DNA from: Dehalococcoidia bacterium
GTDB lineage: Bacteria > Chloroflexota > Dehalococcoidia > UBA2979
Direction of reading: 5' to 3'
DNA length: 64,000 nucleotides
NCBI GenBank assembly: GCA_965248675.1
Contig: CBDFJZ010000008.1
Location: 873,213-937,212, forward strand
Each line of letters starts with the position of its first letter. Position 1 is the first letter of the stretch. The translations under genes and the position numbers were made by a program. Shown one piece after another: positions 27,507 through 37,152 of the stretch. The notes beneath the pieces were generated by a model. The model did no database searches, was not told the DNA's origin, and saw nothing but the letters and a program-made list of their open reading frames with translations.

Positions 27507-29009
27507 GTGGTGCTGGCTGCAGTCGTCGCCGGCTGCGGCGGCGGCGATGACGAGGACGGCGTGCTGGCGACGCTGTCGGCGACCTCGGGTGACGTCGAGA
27601 TCGTCGTCGAGGTCCCGGAGGGCGCGCTGCCCTCGGGCGTCTCGGTGTCGGACATCTCGGTGGTGGGACTGGATCGCGACGAGGCGTCGGCCGGCTACGG
27701 GGGTGTTGACCCGATAGGCGCGTACCGATTCGAGCCTGCCGGTGTGGAGTTCGAGGTGCCGTTGCGATTGACGGTCGAGTTTGCGGATGGCTCCTCGGGG
27801 GTTGTAGCGCGCCTGGTATCGAGCGATGGAACGGCTGAGTTCCTCCAGCCGGTGGCACTGGCAGTCCGTCCGAGCAACGGCCGTATGACGGTCACGTATG
27901 AGATCGGGCACTTCAGCGACGTCCATTTCGTTATTCCCAAGGAACATGAGAGCGGGGCGATCGTGTTCCTTCCACCGGAGCCGAAACAGAGCTACTTCAT
28001 TGGCGAGTCGTTCACTGTCCGGGTCCGCGTCCACCCGGGCTTCGAAGACTGGGCAACAGTCGACCGCGTCAACGGTGAGACGACCAGGCGGGACTATCGC
28101 ACACTGTTCGACGAGCCGTGGACGGCGAACCTCACGTGGTTGTCCCGCTCCGGCGGCGGAAGCCCTCTCGATCCCGTTTCCGCAATGATCAGCGTCGGTG
28201 AAGCGAGTGTGGGCACTGCGGCGTTCGACGGGCAGACGTTCACCTGCGTTTCGGCGGGCGACTTCCTCGTGCGGGCCGTGGCGGTAGTGATCATTGCCTC
28301 CGAGTTGACAACCAGCGTGAGCGGCGGTCCGGCAACCGTCCGGCAAATTCGGGTTCAGACAGCTGGAGCTACTTCTCGTCGGATTCGGGGCCCCTGCATC
28401 GGACCCGATTCCACAGTCGACCCGACGCCCGACCCAACCGAGACTGTCGCGACGCCCGACCCGACCGTGGAGCCGACACCGACACCCACCCCTACTCCGC
28501 CGCCGATCGCTGCAACGCTGGCGCCGGGCTTCGACCCGTGTCACATCAACCCCAACGAAGAGGCGATCGGCTGTCTGCCCCATTACGACGTGACGTCCGC
28601 TTCGAGTCGCGTCCGGATCACGCCAGATCGCCGGCTCATGTACGAGGGCACCCGGGAGTTCGGTGGGCCAATCCCGACCAACCCGGAGTATCCGATCGAG
28701 TATTGGCTCGTGCTGGAAGGGAACGGCCAGCGAATGGAGTTCCTGCTGGAAGGCGGCCCCGGCCAACCGCTGACCTGTACGCGCACGGTCAACGGCGCTC
28801 CGTCCGCCCTTGGTCCGGGCGAGGCGTGCGGCGAGCTGATCGCGCCCAACACGTTACGCTTCGCCGGGGACATCACCGCCTTCGCGCCGGGGGGGGGGGG
28901 GCTGGTTCGGACCTTCTCCACATTGGAGATCGGCGCGGACGGCATCGAGCGCGGCGACTACCTCGTGAGCGGCGGCGAGGAGGCCTGGGAGCTGTCGGTG
29001 CCGGAGTAG
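27507..29009 (+). CDS. secreted/lipoprotein of unknown function with Thr/Pro-rich linker; contains an in-frame G13 tract
   Basis: VVLAAVVAGCGGG lipobox from the GTG at 27507. The in-frame upstream extension (RRALTARSRPSAILLLAS) has no start codon. Linker DPTPDPTETVATPDPTVEPTPTPTPTPPP. Ends DITAFAPGGGGLVRTF...SVPE. Confidence 0.55.
   Translation: MVLAAVVAGCGGGDDEDGVLATLSATSGDVEIVVEVPEGALPSGVSVSDISVVGLDRDEASAGYGGVDPIGAYRFEPAGVEFEVPLRLTVEFADGSSGVVARLVSSDGTAEFLQPVALAVRPSNGRMTVTYEIGHFSDVHFVIPKEHESGAIVFLPPEPKQSYFIGESFTVRVRVHPGFEDWATVDRVNGETTRRDYRTLFDEPWTANLTWLSRSGGGSPLDPVSAMISVGEASVGTAAFDGQTFTCVSAGDFLVRAVAVVIIASELTTSVSGGPATVRQIRVQTAGATSRRIRGPCIGPDSTVDPTPDPTETVATPDPTVEPTPTPTPTPPPIAATLAPGFDPCHINPNEEAIGCLPHYDVTSASSRVRITPDRRLMYEGTREFGGPIPTNPEYPIEYWLVLEGNGQRMEFLLEGGPGQPLTCTRTVNGAPSALGPGEACGELIAPNTLRFAGDITAFAPGGGGLVRTFSTLEIGADGIERGDYLVSGGEEAWELSVPE
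28889..28901. repeat. G13 homopolymer inside a coding region
   Basis: Counted directly: gcgccg + 13 g + ctggtt. Encodes PGGGG. Confidence 0.9.
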
Positions 29010-29017
29010 CGCCAGAG

Positions 29018-29950
29018 CTAGTGCGCCCCGTTGCTCCCGTTCGATCCGTTGCGACTCACCCCGTTGGAGGAGGGCACGAGCGTCTCCGCCACCTCGGGCG
29101 CGCCGCCGGTGATCTCCGCGAAGGCGGAGTGGTTGTGGATTGATTCGAAGTTCTCGACGGTGACGTGGAAGCGGCCGATGCGCTCGTCCTCGTTGAAGGC
29201 GAGCGCGACGTCGCGGGCGATATCTTCGACGAACTTCGGGTTCTCATAGGCCTCTTCGGTGACGTGCTTTTCGTCCTGGCGCTTGAGCACCGGGTAGAGC
29301 TGGCACGAGCCCTTGTCCTCGAGCAGCTCGATCAGGTCCTCGATCCAGAGCGGATCGTGGAGCTCGACGGTAGCGATCACGTGGCTGCGCTGGTTGTGGG
29401 CGCCGTACTCCGAGATCGTCTTCGAGCACGGGCAGAGGCTGGTCACCGGGACCTGGACGCGGAGCTGTTCGGTGATCTCGTCGCCGTCGAGGACCGCGGC
29501 GAGCATGACCTCGAAGTCGAGCGTGCTCGTGACGCCGGAGACGGGGGCGGCCTTGCGCATGAAGTGTGGAAAGTGCATCTCCACCTCGCAGCGGTCGGAA
29601 CCGAGGCGCGACGCGACCTCGCGGACGAGCTCGGGGAAGGTGGCGAGCGAGTAGACGCCGGGGTGCTCCTCGAGGATCTCGACGAAGCGGGACATGTGCG
29701 TGCCCTTCACCTCAGGGGCGAGCTGCACAAACATGCCGAAGTTCGCGATGGTGGCTTGTTCGTCGCCTGAGCGATCGGTGATGCGGACCGGCTGTCGGAT
29801 GTCTCGGATCCCGACCCGGTCGATCGACAAGTTCCGCGTATCCGGCAGTGACTGCACGTCCGGAATCGCGGCTAGTTCGATAACCACGTTGACTCTTTTC
29901 TCTGGGACTGGGAGCCGGACGGCGTGCCCGGCTACAACAAAGAGTACCAA
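29018..29950 (-). CDS. folE2: GTP cyclohydrolase FolE2/MptA family
   Basis: VPVTSLCPCSKTISEYGAHNQRSH (the CPCS motif), KGTHMSRF and DRVGIRDIRQPV. Unusual Asn/Gly/Ser-rich C-terminal tail. Confidence 0.8.
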   Translation of the reverse strand: MVLFVVAGHAVRLPVPEKRVNVVIELAAIPDVQSLPDTRNLSIDRVGIRDIRQPVRITDRSGDEQATIANFGMFVQLAPEVKGTHMSRFVEILEEHPGVYSLATFPELVREVASRLGSDRCEVEMHFPHFMRKAAPVSGVTSTLDFEVMLAAVLDGDEITEQLRVQVPVTSLCPCSKTISEYGAHNQRSHVIATVELHDPLWIEDLIELLEDKGSCQLYPVLKRQDEKHVTEEAYENPKFVEDIARDVALAFNEDERIGRFHVTVENFESIHNHSAFAEITGGAPEVAETLVPSSNGVSRNGSNGSNGAH

Positions 29951-29958
29951 CCAGCGGA

Positions 29959-30468
29959 TTACTGATGGTGAGCGGCGTCTCCGAGGTCCGCGCCGGAATC
30001 CGCTCCGAGATCCACTTCCAGCGCCTCGACGAGTTGATGGTACCCCGAGAGCAGTGCGTGCGCGGCGAGCAGCCCGTCACGCTGGGCGGGCCAGGCCAAC
30101 AGGGCGGCCGCATCGTCGGCGGCCAGCCAGCGATGTTCGGTGTGCTCGTGGTTCAATTCGACATCGCCTGCTCCAACGATGGCAACGAAGACCGGGATCG
30201 CGTTGATGCGGTCGTGCTGCCACTCGTAGAACTGGTTCACGTACGGGACGGCCAGCAACCGCCGCGCCTTGAGGCCGGTTTCCTCGCTCAGCTCGCGGAG
30301 CGCGGCCTGCCATGCCGTTTCGCCGTCCTCGATCTTGCCGGTCACGACCCGCCAGCGCCCGGCATCGAGGTGTCCCGGCGCGCGCAACAGCACGAGGTAC
30401 TGCCAGCTGTCGGGCGTCTCGCGGGCGACATGGCAGTCCACCACTCGAATGACTGGTGTCCTGGTCAT
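29959..30468 (-). CDS. NUDIX hydrolase
   Basis: Nudix box GKIEDGETAWQAALRELSEETGL. Confidence 0.8.
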   Translation of the reverse strand: MTRTPVIRVVDCHVARETPDSWQYLVLLRAPGHLDAGRWRVVTGKIEDGETAWQAALRELSEETGLKARRLLAVPYVNQFYEWQHDRINAIPVFVAIVGAGDVELNHEHTEHRWLAADDAAALLAWPAQRDGLLAAHALLSGYHQLVEALEVDLGADSGADLGDAAHHQ

Positions 30469-30510
30469 GAGGCGATGACGCGGATGACAGGTGTCGAGGT
30501 CACGCGCCGA

Positions 30511-31065
30511 TCACGCGTCGCGACCTAGGGCCGGGCCGGGTGACGTAGTGCCGCCGACGACGCGGTCGGTCACCTCGATCGGTGGTCCGCCGAGGAGTGC
30601 GACGCAGTCGGGGACAGCGCCGAAGGTGCCATCGAGGATCTGGGCGATCGCCTTCGGGTTGCCGGGCAGGTTGAGGATCAACGACTGGCCTCGGACGACG
30701 CCGAGCTGGCGCGAGAGCGCGGCGGTGAGCACGTACTGGTGCGAGACGGCGCGCATCAACTCGCCGAAGCCGGGGAGGACGCGGTCCGCGACCGCGAGCG
30801 TGGCCTCGGGGGTGACGTCGCGCGGGGCGGGGCCGGTGCCACCGGTGGTGAAGACGAGCTTGCAGCCGTCGTCGTCGACGAGCGAGCGGAGCGCGGCCTC
30901 GATCAGTTGCCGATCGTCGGGGACGAGATGTGTGACCGGCTCCCAAGGGGAGGCGACCGCATCGGACAGCCAGCCGGCGATCGCGGGGCCGCCCAGGTCC
31001 TCATACTCGCCCGCGCTCGCTCGATCGGAAACCGTCAGGATGCCGACGCGGAATGGGGTATTCAC
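30511..31065 (-). CDS. molybdenum cofactor biosynthesis protein, MogA/MoaB family
   Basis: GTG at 31065. MNTPFRVGILTVSDRASAGEYEDLGG... FTTGGTGPAPRDVTPEA ... NLPGNP. The rest of the 447-aa track ORF is upstream extension. Confidence 0.8.
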   Translation of the reverse strand: MNTPFRVGILTVSDRASAGEYEDLGGPAIAGWLSDAVASPWEPVTHLVPDDRQLIEAALRSLVDDDGCKLVFTTGGTGPAPRDVTPEATLAVADRVLPGFGELMRAVSHQYVLTAALSRQLGVVRGQSLILNLPGNPKAIAQILDGTFGAVPDCVALLGGPPIEVTDRVVGGTTSPGPALGRDA

Positions 31066-31137
31066 GCGGCAATCGTACAGGCGACACTTCCCACGGACGG
31101 CTATCCTTGAAGGCCCGCAGCACGAGAGGGGCGTGTA

Positions 31138-34100
31138 ATGGACCGAGCCGAGCGGCTCCAGGCGCTGCATGACGCGCTGCTCGATCGCATCCTCGTGCTC
31201 GATGGCTCGTGGGGAGCGCTGCTCCAGTCGAAAGGCCTCGAGGAAGACGACTACCGTGGCGAGCGGTTCGCGGACCATCCGAAGTCGCTGAAAAACGACG
31301 TGGAAGTGCTGAACATCACGCGGCCGGAGATCGTGCGCGAGGTGCACGACGCGTACTTCGAGGCCGGCGCGGACATGGGCACGACGAACACGTTTACGGC
31401 GACGTCGGTCACGCAACAGGACTTTGGCCTCGACGGTGACTGCTACGAGTTGAACGTGGCGGGGGCGCGGCTGGCGCGGGAGCGCGCGGACGCGTGGAGC
31501 GAGCGGACGCCGCACAAGCTGCGCTGGGTCGCCGGGTCGCTGGGACCGACCAACAAGACCTCGTCTGTGGCGATCGAGGTGTCGAACCCCGCGATTCGCG
31601 CGATCGACTTCGATCCGCTGAAGGACGGGTATCTCGAGGCGGCGCGCGGCCTCGTGGACGGCGGCGCGGACCTGCTGCTGATCGAGACGATCTACGACAC
31701 GCTGAACGCGAAGGCCGCCGTGGTGGCGGTCGAGGAGTTGCGCGAGGAGACCGGGTTCGAGCTGCCGATCATCCTGTCGTGGACGGCGACTGACCTGTCC
31801 GGACGGAACCTGTCGGGGCAAACCGTCGAGGCGTTCTGGAACTCGATCCGGCACGCGAATTCGCTGGCCGTCGGGCTGAACTGTGCGTTCGGCGCGGAGC
31901 AGCTGCGGCCGAGCGTGGTGGAACTGTCGCGCGTCGCTGACGTTCCGATCGCGGCGTATCCGAATGCCGGGCTACCAAACGACCTCGGAGACTTCGACGA
32001 GACGCCTGAGATCACGTCGAAGCACCTCGGCGAATGGGCCGAGGACGGCTTCGTCAACATCGTCGGTGGGTGCTGCGGCACAACCCCGGAACATATCCGC
32101 CAGATCGCGGCAGCCGTGGCGAGGTCTCAGCCGCGCGCGATCCCAACGACCGAGCGGCGGATGCGGCTCGCGGGGATCGACGCGTTCGAGGTCGTTTCTT
32201 GAGCGACGGCCCTGAGACCGCGGCGACCGAGGACGCAGCGCTCGAGCGAGCCTCGGACCGTCCGACCGCCTCGTTCATCAACATTGGCGAGCGCACGAAC
32301 GTCACCGGATCCGCGCGCTTCCGCAAGCTGATCGCGGCCGACGACTACGAGTCGGCGGTCGAGGTCGCGCGGCAACAGGTGCAGAGCGGCGCGCAGATCC
32401 TCGACGTGAACATGGACGAGGGGCTGCTCGACTCCGAAGCGGCGATGGTGCGGTTCCTGCGGCTGATCCAGGCCGAACCGGACATCAGCCGTGTGCCGAT
32501 CATGCTGGATTCGTCGAAGTGGTCGGTGATCGAGGCCGGGCTGAAGAACGTCTCCGGCAAGGCGATCGTGAACTCGATCAGCATGAAGGAGGGGGAAGGG
32601 CCGTTCCTCGAGCAGGCGCGCAAGGTGAAGCGCTACGGCGCGGCCGTGGTGGTGATGGCGTTCGACGAGGAGGGTCAGGCGGAGACAGCGGAGCGGAAGT
32701 TCGCGATCTGCGAGCGCGCCTACCGGCTGCTCGTCGACGAGGTCGGCTTCCCGCCCGAGGACATCATCTTCGACCCGAATGTCTTCGCCGTCGCAACCGG
32801 GATCGAGGAGCACAACGCGTACGCGCTCGCGTTCATCGAGGCGACGCGGTTGATCAAGGAGCGCCTGCCGTACACGCACGTCTCGGGCGGGGTCTCGAAC
32901 GTGTCGTTCTCATTCCGCGGGAACAACGCCATCCGCGAAGCGATGCACGCGGCGTTCCTTTACCACGCGATTCGCGCCGGTCTCGACATGGCGATCGTCA
33001 ACGCCGGGGCGCTGCCGGTGTACGAGGAGATCACCAAGGACCTGCTCGATCGGATCGAGGACGTGCTGCTCAACCGTCGCGAGGATGCGACGGACCGGCT
33101 GCTGGAGGTCGCGCAGGAGTACGCCGGGCAGAAACGGACGGCCCGCGAACAGGACCTGCGCTGGCGCGAGTTGCCGCCGCCGGAGCGCGTGACGCACGCC
33201 CTCGTCAACGGGATCGACGAGTACATCGTCGCCGACGTGGAGGAGATCCGGCCGACCGTCGAGCACCCGCTCGAGGTGATCGAAGGGCCGCTGATGGCCG
33301 GGATGAGCGTCGTCGGCGACCTGTTCGGCGAGGGAAAGATGTTCCTGCCGCAGGTGGTGAAGAGCGCGCGGGTGATGAAGAAAGCCGTCGCCCATCTCGT
33401 GCCGTTCATCGAGGCGGAGCAGGCGCGGGCCGGGGCCAAGTCGAAGAACGGCAAGATCGTGCTCGCCACGGTGAAGGGCGACGTGCACGACATCGGGAAG
33501 AACATCGTCGGCGTGGTGTTGCAGTGCAACAACTACGACGTGATCGACCTCGGCGTGATGGTGCCCGCGCAGCAGATCCTCGAAACGGCGCGCGAGGAAG
33601 AGGCCGACCTGATCGGCCTGTCGGGGCTGATTACGCCGAGCCTCGACGAGATGGTGCAGTTCGCCGGCGAGATGCAACGCCGGGAGTTGGACCTGCCGCT
33701 GCTGATCGGCGGCGCGACGACGAGCCTGGTGCATACGGCGGTGCGGATCGCGCCACAGTACGACGGTCCGGTGGTGTACGTACAGGACGCCTCGAGGGCC
33801 GTCGGCGTCACCGCTAACCTGCTGTCGCCGACCGCGCACGACGGGTTCGTCGAGGCGACGCGATCGGAGTACGACACGGCGCGGGAGCGGCACCTCGGAC
33901 GGCGCGAGGCGGTGAAGCGGCACTCGATCGAGCGGGCGCGGGAGCTGGGCGCCGGGATCGACTGGGACGGCTACGAAGCGCCGCGACCGGCCAACCTCGG
34001 CGTAACGGTGTTCGAGGACTATCCGCTCGAGGAGCTGGTCGAGGGGATCGACTGGAAACCGTTCTTTCAGACGTGGGAGCTGTCCGGCAGCTTCCCGCAG

Positions 34101-34922
34101 ATCCTCGATGACCCCGTGGTCGGCGACGCCGCGCGCGGGGTGTACGACGATGCACGGGCGATGCTGCGGCAGATCGTCGAGGAGCGCTGGCTGAAGGCGC
34201 GCGCGGTGGTTGGCCTTTGGCCGGCGAACGCAGTCGGCGACGACATCCAGCTCTACGCCTCGGATGAGCGCGCCGAGATGCTCAGCACCGTTCACACGCT
34301 GCGGCAGCAGACGAACGCGGAGCGCGAACGCGAGAACCTCGCACTGGCGGACTTCGTGGCGCCTCGGGACTTCGGCGTGGCGGACTACCTCGGGGGGTTC
34401 GCCGTGACCGCGGGGACCGGGATCGAGGAGCACGTCGCGCGGTTCGAGGCGGAGCACGACGACTACCGCGCGATCATGCTGAAGGCGCTCGCCGACCGGC
34501 TAGCGGAGGCGCTGGCGGAACGGATGCACGAGCGCGTGCGGCGCGAGCTGTGGGGCTATGCGCCGGACGAAGACCTCGATAACGACGCGCTGATCGCGGA
34601 GGCGTACCAGGGGATCCGGCCGGCGCCGGGGTATCCGGCGTGCCCGGATCACACGGAGAAGCGGACGCTGTTCGATCTGTTGAGCGCGGAGGCGAACGCG
34701 GAGATCACGCTGACGGAGAGCTTTGCGATGTCACCGGGGGCCTCGGTCAGCGGCTGGTACTTCAGCCACCCCGAGGCGCGGTACTTCGGCGTCGGTCGGA
34801 TCGAGCGCGACCAGGTCGAGGACTACGCGCTGCGCAAAGGGTGGTCGGTCGACGAGGCAGAGCGGTGGCTGGCCCCGAACCTGAACTACGAACCGGCGCG
34901 CGAGTCGGTGGCCGGGGACTAG
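31138..34922 (+). CDS. metH: cobalamin-dependent methionine synthase, interrupted (Hcy domain 31138..32202, remainder in the -1 frame from ~32199)
   Basis: The Hcy-methyltransferase domain ends ...[12 protein letters not shown] at the TGA at 32200-32202. The pterin-binding domain ([22 protein letters not shown]...), the B12-binding domain and the AdoMet domain continue in the adjacent frame without a start codon. A 1-nt difference in the tttctt run would fuse the two. Confidence 0.8.
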
Positions 34923-35242
34923 CTATCGTCGTCGTCGCTCACAGCGATCTTGATCTCTTCGTCGTCGAAGCGGACGAGCACCTCAAGCGAGCCGCCGATC
35001 GCCTTGACGTACTCGCTGAGCGTAGAGAGGCGCGGATCGTCCCCGTGCTCGAATCGTGAGACCGCTGACTGAGTTTTGCCGAGGGCCTCGGCGATCTCGT
35101 TCTGAGACAGTCCCGCTCGCTGACGCAGCTCGTGGAGCGCGACGCCAACGAGCATCTCGTGGCGTAGCGCTGCTACGCGCTCGCGGGCGCCTGCGTGCGC
35201 CATCACCTGCTGCTCCAGCTCAAGGAAACTTCGGTGCCCCAT
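34919..35242 (-). CDS. higA: XRE-family HTH antitoxin (HigA-like)
   Basis: [23 protein letters not shown] is an HTH_XRE. Acidic C-terminal tail. Start overlaps the higB stop (TAATG). Confidence 0.7.
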   Translation of the reverse strand: MGHRSFLELEQQVMAHAGARERVAALRHEMLVGVALHELRQRAGLSQNEIAEALGKTQSAVSRFEHGDDPRLSTLSEYVKAIGGSLEVLVRFDDEEIKIAVSDDDDS

Positions 35243-35601
35243 TAGATCAGCCCCTCCCGACGTAGCTCGTCGAGATGTTCATCGTAGAGGTCATCGGCGA
35301 GCGGAATCGCCTCGGTGTACCACTCGTTCCAGCGGCCAGCCTTGTTACCACCGATCAGCAGAATCGCCATGCGGCGCGGGTCAAACGCAAACAAGATGCG
35401 CAGCGCTCCACCTCGCGAAGTCCTCAATTCTTTCATGTTGTGATGACGTGAGCCGCTGATTCGATCGACCGTCGGGCGTCCGAGGGCCGGTCCGAATTCC
35501 TGCAACAGCAGCACGCCCGCGGTGATGGCCTCCTGCTGCGGATCGGTCAGCGTCTCCCACCACTCAACAAATTGGTCGGCGACCTCAACTTCCCACGCCA
35601 T
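35242..35601 (-). CDS. higB: RelE/ParE-superfamily toxin, phage Gp49-like (HigB-like)
   Basis: MAWEVEVADQFVEWWETL ... LRILFAFDPRRMAILLIGGNKAGRWNEWY matches the Gp49/DUF891 HigB-type pattern. Toxin-first gene order. Confidence 0.7.
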   Translation of the reverse strand: MAWEVEVADQFVEWWETLTDPQQEAITAGVLLLQEFGPALGRPTVDRISGSRHHNMKELRTSRGGALRILFAFDPRRMAILLIGGNKAGRWNEWYTEAIPLADDLYDEHLDELRREGLI

Positions 35602-35677
35602 TTCGATGCACTATAGCTCATATGAGTTATTCATCATATAGCCATGCGCACGAGGCCCGGAGGAGGGTCTAGGCGTC
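35602..35677. promoter_or_regulatory. AT-rich promoter/operator region of higBA with palindromes
   Basis: ctatagCTCATATGAGttattcatcatatag. Perfect palindrome CTCATATGAG at 35617-35626, flanked by TATAG boxes, in an otherwise 70% GC genome. Confidence 0.35.
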
Positions 35678-36541
35678 TCAGACGGTCTCGACAAGACCGA
35701 GGGCGTGATACAGCTCCGTGGTGAGCATCCAGCGGTTCATCGGGTAGAAGTGGATGCCCGGCGCGCCGGCGTCGAGGAGTTCGCGCGCGAGGTTCGCGGC
35801 GTGCTCGACGCCGATGGCGCGGGCGGCCTCGGGGGTTTCGGCGGCTTCGAGGCGGGCGCCTAGGTCCCGGGGGAAGCTGCCGCCAGCCATCTCGACCATG
35901 CGCTGGGTCTGGGCGGGGTTGATGACGGGGATGACGCCGGCGATGACCGGGGTGGTGACGCCGCGGGCGGCCATGTCTTCCATGAAGTCGACGTAGAAGC
36001 GGGTCTCGAAGAAGAACTGGGTCATCGCGAAGTCGGCGACCCTCAGCTTCGCGGCCTGGTGGTCGCGATCGCTCTGGCGGTCGGCAGCCAGGGGGTGGCC
36101 CTCGGTGTGGGCGGCGACGCCGATGGAGAAGTCGGTCTGCTCGCGGACGAGCTCGACGAGTTCGACGGCGTAGCGGAAGTCGCCCTCGGGGAGCGCGCGG
36201 CCGTCGGCCGGCGGGTCGCCGTGGAGGGCGAGGAGGTCGGTGACACCGTCGGCCTCGTAGACCCGCAGCAAGGCCTCGATCTCGGGCTTCGCGTGGCCGA
36301 TGCAGGTGAGGTGGGGGAGGACCTGAGCCGAATAGCGCGTACGGAGGTCGTGGACGATCTCCTCGGTACGTTCGCGGCTGGAGCCGCCTGCGCCGTAGGT
36401 GACAGAGACGAACGACGGTCCTAGGGGCATGAGGTGGTCGAGGGTGCGCGCGAGCCGACGATCGCCCTTCTCGTCGCGCGGCGGAAAGAACTCGAACGAA
36501 TAGGTGTGTCCGGCTGCGAGCAGCTCAGGGATGGTCGGCAC
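35678..36541 (-). CDS. metF: 5,10-methylenetetrahydrofolate reductase
   Basis: GTG at 36541 after GGGAG. ...HTYSFEFFPPRDEKG ... VSVTYGAGGSSRERT ... LPHLTC. Confidence 0.8.
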   Translation of the reverse strand: MPTIPELLAAGHTYSFEFFPPRDEKGDRRLARTLDHLMPLGPSFVSVTYGAGGSSRERTEEIVHDLRTRYSAQVLPHLTCIGHAKPEIEALLRVYEADGVTDLLALHGDPPADGRALPEGDFRYAVELVELVREQTDFSIGVAAHTEGHPLAADRQSDRDHQAAKLRVADFAMTQFFFETRFYVDFMEDMAARGVTTPVIAGVIPVINPAQTQRMVEMAGGSFPRDLGARLEAAETPEAARAIGVEHAANLARELLDAGAPGIHFYPMNRWMLTTELYHALGLVETV

Positions 36542-36614
36542 GGCGGGCTCCCAAATCTGCGCACAGGGTAACGAGGGGCCGCGGGCAGACGCCTCAGTCG
36601 GAACCCCGTCGGGA

Positions 36615-37130
36615 CTATTCGGCAGGGGCAAACTGCTCGAACTCGACGGTGAGGTCGGAGCCGGCGATACGGAGCCAGGCGACGGTGCCAGGTACCAGGA
36701 AGGACGGGTAGCCCTGACCGCCGTTGACGAAGCGGACGCCATCGACGGTCTCGTCGACCGTCTCGTGGAGATGGCCGTAGCAGATCGCGTCGAGACGGCC
36801 GAAAGGGTCCTCGGGAAAGTCGGGGAGCAGGCGAGCGGGCGGAAACTCCTCGCGACCCCAGGCGGGATGCGTGACGCCGATGCGCAGGTCTTCCACCTCG
36901 AGGACGGCGCGCCACGGGAGCGCCTCCCGCAGGTCGGGCGGGTCGGAGTTGCCGTGGACGACGGTCGATCGGCTCGCCTCGGCCTCGAAGCCGCGCACCG
37001 TGTCGAGGTGGACCCAATCGCCGGCGTGGATCGCGACGTCCGCCGAGCGCACCGCGCGGCGCAGTTCGGGGTGCGCCTGTTCCCAGGTACGGAGGTGGGT
37101 GTCGCCGACGAGCAGGAGGTTGGTGGTCAC
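36615..37130 (-). CDS. metallophosphoesterase (YfcE/MJ0936-like)
   Basis: LLLVGDTHL ... HAGDW ... VHGNSD ... GHLH motifs. Confidence 0.75.
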   Translation of the reverse strand: MTTNLLLVGDTHLRTWEQAHPELRRAVRSADVAIHAGDWVHLDTVRGFEAEASRSTVVHGNSDPPDLREALPWRAVLEVEDLRIGVTHPAWGREEFPPARLLPDFPEDPFGRLDAICYGHLHETVDETVDGVRFVNGGQGYPSFLVPGTVAWLRIAGSDLTVEFEQFAPAE

Positions 37131-37152
37131 GCGGCCCCGCGCTCAGCCGCGA

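Noticed and set aside
26739-28766. 675-aa minus-strand ORF spanning vapC, the folE2 fragment and the lipoprotein gene
   Set aside because: Composition-driven (R/P/G-rich) open frame with no motifs. It crosses features that are coherent on the other strand.
30511-31854. 447-aa ORF as one large protein
   Set aside because: Only the C-terminal 184 aa (from the GTG at 31065) form a MogA/MoaB domain. The rest is R/P-rich extension antisense to the metH 5' region.
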